The notes below the pieces were generated by a model. That model was not told the DNA's origin and did not search any database. It saw only the letters and a list, made by a program, of their open reading frames with translations. Source: Deltaproteobacteria bacterium (GTDB lineage Bacteria > UBA10199 > JADGCS01). Taken from it: a stretch of DNA of 64,000 bases. The stretch's first letter is position 1, and every line of letters starts with the position of its first letter. Where the stretch lies: NCBI GenBank assembly GCA_015228875.1, contig JADGCS010000005.1:3122-67121 (forward strand), given 5' to 3'. The translations under genes were made by a program, and so were the position numbers. This document shows, piece by piece, positions 58,286 to 64,000 of the stretch.

Positions 58286-58999
58286 ATGGCGATGGCGATG
58301 GATTTTGCGTTAAAAAAAGGCTTGCTAAAATTTGATTTTTCGAAAAGTTTCACAGCCTTGGTAAAAGACAACACAATAAACAAAATACTCGATTACGGTG
58401 CCTTGAATGATGAGGCCCTTGTTGCAAAATATCAAAAGGGCGACGAGCGGGCATTTCAGGTTTTATTGCAAAGGCACAAGGGGCCGGTCTTTAACTTTAT
58501 CGTCAGATTTTTGGGTAATGCTGAGATTGCCGAAGACGCCTTCCAAGAGGTTTTTTTAAGGGTCATTCAATCCATCAACGACTACAGACCTTCGGCAAAA
58601 TTTACAACATGGCTCTACCGCGTAGCCCGCAATTATTGTATCGATTTTGGCCGCATGCAAAAGTACAGAAGACACCTTTCGCTCGATCATGCAGCCAACG
58701 CTGATTCGGGTTCACTGTACGAGAGGGTTGTTTCCGGAGACGAAAATGCAGAAGCCATCATGAGTGCGACAGAACTTGAAAAGATTCTTTTAAATGTTCT
58801 GGCCGAACTCAATGTCGAACAGAGAGAGGTTTTTCTTTTAAGAGAGACCGAAGGGCTGTCGTTCGACGAGATCGCAAAAATAACAAAGGTATCGGCAAAC
58901 ACGGTCAAGTCCAGAATGCGCTACGCCGTGCAGTCCTTACAAAAAAGATTTTTTGAGCTTAACATAAACGCTCAATCTATCAGCAAACATAACACATAA
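58286..58999 (+). CDS. ECF sigma-70 factor (start uncertain)
   Basis: AEDAFQEVFL, FTTWLYRVARNYCID, EGLSFDEIA..TVKSRM. Confidence 0.93.
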   Translation: MAMAMDFALKKGLLKFDFSKSFTALVKDNTINKILDYGALNDEALVAKYQKGDERAFQVLLQRHKGPVFNFIVRFLGNAEIAEDAFQEVFLRVIQSINDYRPSAKFTTWLYRVARNYCIDFGRMQKYRRHLSLDHAANADSGSLYERVVSGDENAEAIMSATELEKILLNVLAELNVEQREVFLLRETEGLSFDEIAKITKVSANTVKSRMRYAVQSLQKRFFELNINAQSISKHNT

Positions 59000-59017
59000 C
59001 ATACATATTGGTTAATT

Positions 59018-59866
59018 ATGAACACAGAAAAAATTAAGGAAGATATCATCGATCTTTATTACGGAGAATCCAATCTGTCTCTCAAAGAGATCGCTGTAAG
59101 ACACGGGGTTTCTTTAGAGGACTGCCAGCAAGAACTTAAGGCGGTTCTTTTGGTGTCGCAGGTTTGCCGCAGTCTGCCGCAGCATGTGCCTTCGCAGATC
59201 AGCATCAACAAGATCACAGCCCATGCGAGAGAAAAGGTCATGGCGTTGCAAAGAAAATCCTTTTGGCCCATGTTCAGGCCGGCCTATGCAGTTGCCTTGG
59301 TCTTTGTGATGGGGATTGCCATTTCTCAAATCTGGATGACGACCCACTCTCCTGATAACGGCGGCGTTGATATCGCTTTTAAGCATCAAACAGACAGCGA
59401 CAGTGCCACGCAGGTCAAAGAGCGTCTGTTTATGACACCGCTGGATAACAGCAGTTTTTCACAACCATACAGTTTAAACAAGAGCGGCGCGAAATATTTT
59501 TTTCCAAACATCTCTGCAGCGAGTGTTGGCAATGAGCAGGGGGATTATGCCCTCGCTGAGGCGCTTGATCAAAAAATGATATCAAACAACCTTACGCTGC
59601 AGGACATAGAAACCCTGTATTTCAGGGCCCGCAAATTTGAGCAGCAGGGTTATTTTCAAGAGGCCCTGCACGATTACGTCTTTCTTGCCAGAAATTACCC
59701 CTCCTTCAAGTACCAAAAGGCCCTTCCTCTGGCCATCGCGAGGTGTTACGAGGAGTTGGGCAACAAACAAACGGCGTTGAGTATTCTTTTGGACTACGAA
59801 AGACTCTACGGAAGCACCGAAGATATCAAATTCTGGAAAGACCAGTTAAAATCCGAGACGTTTTAG
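59018..59866 (+). CDS. Putative anti-sigma factor with one TM and a C-terminal TPR
   Basis: Follows the ECF gene; single TM; LYFRARKFEQQGYFQEAL TPR-like repeat. Confidence 0.7.
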   Translation: MNTEKIKEDIIDLYYGESNLSLKEIAVRHGVSLEDCQQELKAVLLVSQVCRSLPQHVPSQISINKITAHAREKVMALQRKSFWPMFRPAYAVALVFVMGIAISQIWMTTHSPDNGGVDIAFKHQTDSDSATQVKERLFMTPLDNSSFSQPYSLNKSGAKYFFPNISAASVGNEQGDYALAEALDQKMISNNLTLQDIETLYFRARKFEQQGYFQEALHDYVFLARNYPSFKYQKALPLAIARCYEELGNKQTALSILLDYERLYGSTEDIKFWKDQLKSETF

Positions 59867-59906
59867 GCTCCGCAATGGCCATGTCTGCGATGCGTGAGAG
59901 GATCTT

Positions 59907-59996
59907 CAAGTTACTAACTTGACTTTGACGCGGTTGAATTCCTCCATTTTGCGAGGAATGCACCCGCGCTCTGTCAACTTTGAAATTCCCAAACAT
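59907..59996 (-). repeat. 90-bp palindromic element, copy C (intergenic)
   Basis: Reverse complement matches the consensus nearly perfectly. Confidence 0.92.
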
Positions 59997-60122
59997 TTAA
60001 GTATCAACCACAGAGTCTCATAAGAGCGCTGCTGGCGGTCGGTAACCAGATTTATTTCTGACAGAGGCCATTCATGCAGGCACAGGGACAGCACGGCTGG
60101 GCCATTTTGGAAAGGGATCGTG

Positions 60123-60419
60123 CTAATCGTTGGCGTCTTTTGTTGTTTGTTCTGCCGCGTTATTTTCGAGGTCGTCCTCAAAATCAAAATTATCGATGTT
60201 GTCTTCTGTGATCTCGGGCATTGATGAGATTTCTTCGTCGCTGAGTTCGTCGCCAACGCCGATTTCGTCGTCGGTGATCATGACAAGCTCAAAGTTGTTT
60301 TCTTCGTTTGGAAGGTCTTTAAGGTATGCGTTGATGTCGGACTCTGAAATAATGCCTTTTTTAAGGTAGTTTTCCCTGATTCGTTTGTCGAGGTATCTGG
60401 TGTCAATGTTTTTGGCCAT
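60123..60419 (-). CDS. Small protein with acidic C-terminal tail
   Basis: 98 aa; basic helical N-terminus DKRIRENYLKKG..YLKDLP, then D/E-rich tail. Confidence 0.75.
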   Translation of the reverse strand: MAKNIDTRYLDKRIRENYLKKGIISESDINAYLKDLPNEENNFELVMITDDEIGVGDELSDEEISSMPEITEDNIDNFDFEDDLENNAAEQTTKDAND

Positions 60420-60421
60420 AA

Positions 60422-60509
60422 CAAGTTACAAACTTAACCTTGGTGCGGCTGGATTTATGTGAAGAATACACCCGCGCTTGGTCAACTTTGAAAGTCAAAT
60501 TCTTGGAAC
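60422..60509 (-). repeat. 90-bp palindromic element, degenerate copy D
   Basis: CAAGTTACAAACTT...GCGG...CACCCGCGCT..GTCAACTTTGAAA; shortened inner hairpin; ends 2 nt before the ATG at 60419. Confidence 0.75.
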
Positions 60510-60624
60510 CCGAGAAGGTTTTTTCTGTGCCCAAGGGCCTCTCCCTTAAAGGCCGCCCGCTGCTTTGTGCGAGACACGCCACCGGCCCCCTACCGGCAGG
60601 GTACTTACTGGCAGAGAGACACTG

Positions 60625-61593
60625 CTATACGTGAGAGGCCTTTTCGATCTCCATGATGATCTTGCCCTCTCTGAAAATACGGACATCCCCGGTGGACTCG
60701 GAGATAACAATAGCAATGGCTTTTGTCAACGCGGTGATCCCGGACGCCGCCAGATGGCGCGAACCAAGCCCCCTTGGGATGTCTGAATCTTCCATAGAGG
60801 CGCCCAGATACCGGCCTGCTGTGATGATTTCGCCATTACCGGCAATAATGAACGCGCCATCAACCGATGAGAGTTCCCGCAAAGTCTCTTTGAGTGCGGG
60901 GTTGAGGATGTTACGTTCTTCGGGCTCGTACCCTTTAAAGGGATTGATGATCATTTGCTTGGACAATTGCATGGCTTTTTCTTCGTCGCCAAGCACAAAG
61001 ATGGTTCCGATGGGTTTGCCCTCTTTGCCTTTGTTGCCAAACTCGATGGCGAGATTAAGTGTGTGTTCGAAGACGGCTGGAATAATGGATTTGGGCATGT
61101 CTGCCAGACTGTGCCCGGTTAAAAGCTCCTGTTCGGTGCTGATTTGAAAATACATGAGGGTATCCAGTGAATTGGATTCTGATTTACCGACCAGCGAGAC
61201 GATTTTATCGTCGGGATGCACCATTTTTGCGGACAAAGCAAAGACAACAGCAATTTTAATCAGGGCCATACGGCCGAGTTTGAGCCTGGGGATGACAACA
61301 ATGTCTTTAAATGGGTGTTTGCCGTTGTAGGTGTATTCGGGACTTTTGGTGATGAGGATAATCTGCACCCCCTCTGGCAGTTTGTCCGGGATGACGTTTT
61401 CGTCTATGGCATCAACGTAAATAAACAAAGCCTTTGCCTTGTTTTTTTTTGCGATGTCAAAGGCCGTCTTGATAATGGCCCTGTTTTGCGCGGTGATTTC
61501 TTGTTTTCGCCTGATGGCAGGATCCACTGTTTTGGCCTTGGATGCAGTGGCCTTCAGCGGTGTCTTTTGGAGATCTTCCTGTTTTTTTAACAT
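60625..61593 (-). CDS. Diadenylate cyclase (DisA_N/DAC domain) with N-terminal extension, DacZ-like
   Basis: GKPIGTIFV, ELSSVDGAF, GLGSRH, ISESTG. Confidence 0.85.
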   Translation of the reverse strand: MLKKQEDLQKTPLKATASKAKTVDPAIRRKQEITAQNRAIIKTAFDIAKKNKAKALFIYVDAIDENVIPDKLPEGVQIILITKSPEYTYNGKHPFKDIVVIPRLKLGRMALIKIAVVFALSAKMVHPDDKIVSLVGKSESNSLDTLMYFQISTEQELLTGHSLADMPKSIIPAVFEHTLNLAIEFGNKGKEGKPIGTIFVLGDEEKAMQLSKQMIINPFKGYEPEERNILNPALKETLRELSSVDGAFIIAGNGEIITAGRYLGASMEDSDIPRGLGSRHLAASGITALTKAIAIVISESTGDVRIFREGKIIMEIEKASHV

Positions 61594-61693
61594 GACGTGT
61601 TCCTCTACCGGTCAATGCTTTGTCTTGTCATTTGTATTACAAGTCTAAATTAAAAAGACCGGCCTCTTAAAGTTTTTGACGAAAACACAAAAA

Positions 61694-61783
61694 CAAGTTA
61701 CTAACTTGACTTCGACGCGGTTGGATTCCTCCATTTTGCGAGGAATGAACCCGCGCTCTGTCGACTTTGAAATTCCTAGACTT
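61694..61783 (-). repeat. 90-bp palindromic element, copy E (intergenic, upstream of dsbD)
   Basis: Reverse complement matches the consensus. Confidence 0.92.
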
Positions 61784-61818
61784 AATATTATATTGTTATA
61801 CCCAAACCTTTTTCGATC

Positions 61819-63537
61819 ATGAAAATCAAAAACACTTTTTTCATCTATTTGATTTTATTTTTCACGTCAACAGCTCATGGGTACTTAAGTAAAACAGATG
61901 AGTCACTTCCTTTTACTCTTTTTTTTGATGATGAAACACCTCTGCTGGTGACGGATTTTAGGGGAGAGATAGAATTTCTATTCAATATTCCCGAAAAACA
62001 TCATCTGTATCGCGAAAAGATAGAGATCAAGTTTGACTCGGACAAAATCAGTCACACACTTGTAAAACCCGCTGGTATTTTAAAATACGACGAATTTATG
62101 GGGATGGAAACAGAGGTTTATGAGCATCAACTTGCTGTGCTCGCAAAAGTACAGTTTGCGCGTGACTTTGATTTTAAACAGGCCCTGACTGGGGCCATTT
62201 ATTATCAGGGCTGTTCAAACAAAATCTGTTTCAGATCGGTGGAGACGCGGTTTAAATTTGTGTCTAGGAATTTCAAAACCGACAGAGCGCGGGAGGATTC
62301 CTCGCAAAACAAAGGAATTCAACCGCGTCCCCCAAGGGGATTTCCTTCGGGGCATCAAAGTCAAGTTAGTAACTTGCTTTTAAACCCGGATCACAAAGCA
62401 TTGGCGGGACAGATGATCACGGCAGACCAACATGTCAGCAATACCAGGCCCGGCGTCTGGGAGATTCTTAAAAAAAACGATCTTGGGCTTGTGTTGAAAC
62501 AGGGTCTTTTTCTGGCCATTCTGTTCACGTTTATCGCGGGCGTGTTGACCGGATTTACCCCCTGTGTTCTGCCCATCATACCGCTGACGCTCGCATTTAT
62601 TGGTGTGACCCCTCAGGCAAAGGGCGCCCGCAAGTTTAACAGCCTGCTGGTTTTTGTGCTGGGGATGGTCCTCACAAATTCTTTCCTGGGTATTCTGTCG
62701 GCCCTCATCGGCAAGACCCATGGTTTCTATTATCAGAGGGATTTGTTCCTCGTCCTTCTTATTCTGTTCCTTGTTCTTATGGGGCTCTGGCTTGTCGGTG
62801 TTGTCAACTTGAGCCTGTCTTCAAAAATTCAGACAGGTATTTCGAGGTTTCAACCAAAGAGCGGGGTGGTCCGTAATCTTTTTGCTGGTCTTACCATTGG
62901 CGTCCTTGCAGCACCCTGCGTGGGCCCTGTTTTAGGGCCATTGCTTGTTTATATTTCCACAAGACAGGATTTGTTTCTGGGTACTGTTCTCATGTTGAGT
63001 TATTCGCTGGGCTTAAGTGTGGTCTTTTTTATACTTGGTTTTTTCTCACGGGGCTGGGTGGCGAGGTTTGGCGAAAAATCAAATATTATCAAAAAACTTC
63101 TTTCGATCCTTTTATTTGTCACCGCTTTTTATTACCTTTACGTTCTTGTCAATCCCTGGGTTGGCAGCAAAACCTCTGATGATTCTTTTTTTAAGAACGA
63201 TTTAAAAGTGGCAGTGAGCCTGGCAAAAAAAGAAAACAAAAAAGTCCTCGTGGATTTTTATGCTGACTGGTGTCTCCCCTGCAAAGAATGGGACCAGCTT
63301 GTCTGGTCTAAAGAAAATGTGAGGGGTCTGGTCGTAGAGAGTTTTGTTCCGGTCAAGATCAACTGCACAAAAGAAACAGGGCCATGCGCCGATGCTGTCA
63401 AAACCTATCAGGTGATTGGCTGGCCTACAATATTATTTATTGATGAAAAAGGTGATGAAATAAAGGACCGGCGTATTGTTGGTGATGTGATGGAGGCAGA
63501 GGAATTCATGGATTATATCAGGATGCTGAACCAGTGA
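61819..63537 (+). CDS. dsbD: Thiol:disulfide interchange protein DsbD, carrying a 39-aa in-frame repeat insertion
   Basis: N-domain QGC...C, FTPCVLP, APCVGP, thioredoxin WCLPC. Confidence 0.92.
   Translation: MKIKNTFFIYLILFFTSTAHGYLSKTDESLPFTLFFDDETPLLVTDFRGEIEFLFNIPEKHHLYREKIEIKFDSDKISHTLVKPAGILKYDEFMGMETEVYEHQLAVLAKVQFARDFDFKQALTGAIYYQGCSNKICFRSVETRFKFVSRNFKTDRAREDSSQNKGIQPRPPRGFPSGHQSQVSNLLLNPDHKALAGQMITADQHVSNTRPGVWEILKKNDLGLVLKQGLFLAILFTFIAGVLTGFTPCVLPIIPLTLAFIGVTPQAKGARKFNSLLVFVLGMVLTNSFLGILSALIGKTHGFYYQRDLFLVLLILFLVLMGLWLVGVVNLSLSSKIQTGISRFQPKSGVVRNLFAGLTIGVLAAPCVGPVLGPLLVYISTRQDLFLGTVLMLSYSLGLSVVFFILGFFSRGWVARFGEKSNIIKKLLSILLFVTAFYYLYVLVNPWVGSKTSDDSFFKNDLKVAVSLAKKENKKVLVDFYADWCLPCKEWDQLVWSKENVRGLVVESFVPVKINCTKETGPCADAVKTYQVIGWPTILFIDEKGDEIKDRRIVGDVMEAEEFMDYIRMLNQ
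62260..62376 (+). repeat. Palindromic element copy F (117 bp, with nested 27-bp hairpin), in frame in dsbD
   Basis: Encodes VSRNFKTDRAREDSSQNKGIQPRPPRGFPSGHQSQVSNL. Confidence 0.92.
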
Positions 63538-63569
63538 TCTTCTGTTTTCGGGTGCACGGGAACTTCTCA

Positions 63570-64000
63570 ATGACAAAAAACAGGGTTAGATCTTTTGTTT
63601 CACGACAGCTTGCTTCTTATCGAAAACTTATCGATGATGAGATGCACATGCCGGACTTTAAGGGCCGACATCTGTTTACAGCACGCCTGCGCATTATTTT
63701 GTTTTTGGGCACGTGGATGGTGTTTTTTGTTTTTTTTCCTGCGATATGGAAATTAGCGCCGCTGGTCCCACTTGTTTTCAATTGCTGTTTTCTCATCACA
63801 TCTTTCTGCTATCTTATTGTTGTGCGGCACAACAAAATATTTTTATCCGTTATTTTTTTGGAGGTGGCAGCCGATATCCTCAGCCAGACGGCCCTTATTT
63901 ATATCGTGGGTGTTGATGGCTGGCTTCCCTTTCTTATTTACGGCCTCTACATTACTGCGGTGGGTATCTTGTCCGGCTACAATCTGGCATTGATTGCATC
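63570..64000 (+). CDS. Polytopic membrane protein, possibly a PilS-like sensor N-terminus (3'-truncated)
   Basis: Open from ATG 63570 to the window end; several TM helices, ADILSQTALIYIVG. Confidence 0.6.
   Translation, partial: MTKNRVRSFVSRQLASYRKLIDDEMHMPDFKGRHLFTARLRIILFLGTWMVFFVFFPAIWKLAPLVPLVFNCCFLITSFCYLIVVRHNKIFLSVIFLEVAADILSQTALIYIVGVDGWLPFLIYGLYITAVGILSGYNLALIA

Noticed and set aside
59906-60256. 116-aa minus-strand ORF ending in the element peptide
   Set aside because: It overlaps the better-supported 60123-60419 gene in another frame; its openness is partly due to the stop-free element.
60510-60624. GC-rich intergenic stretch with hairpins and AAGCAGC (SRP- or 6S-like?)
   Set aside because: It lacks the SRP CAGG/GNRA helix-8 arrangement, no rod-like 6S fold could be established, and there is no second copy for covariation.

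Overview
Bacterial chromosomal window. Gene content suggests a deltaproteobacterium-like Gram-negative (inference). Housekeeping genes include uvrB, gshB, cobB, coaB, two surA-like PPIases, pdxA, a phosphohexomutase, dsbD, a DAC-domain protein, an ECF sigma/anti-sigma pair, two-component systems and a vapBC pair. A roughly 17-kb lower-GC island (28.8-45.4 kb) holds five radical SAM enzymes, four glycosyltransferases, a methyltransferase, an Asn-synthase-like enzyme and an ABC exporter. Three things stand out. (1) Two tandem, apparently non-coding units of about 640 nt (53.5-54.9 kb) sit behind a DnaA-box cluster and a TATAAT box. Each is closed by a long-range helix, and the differences between copies are repeatedly compensatory, so this is a candidate large structured RNA that I could not match to any family I recognise. 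(2) A 90-bp palindromic element occurs in 7 copies, four of them inside three ORFs (uvrB, dsbD, a radical SAM gene) without breaking the frame, as Rickettsia palindromic elements do. (3) A SPASM radical SAM gene is coupled to a 110-aa peptide in which all six His residues lie in H-x-[D/N] motifs (candidate RiPP), on a segment bracketed by a duplicated cobB 3' end. No tRNA, rRNA, CRISPR array, integrase or transposase was seen. All alignments and foldings were done by eye; no database searches were run.
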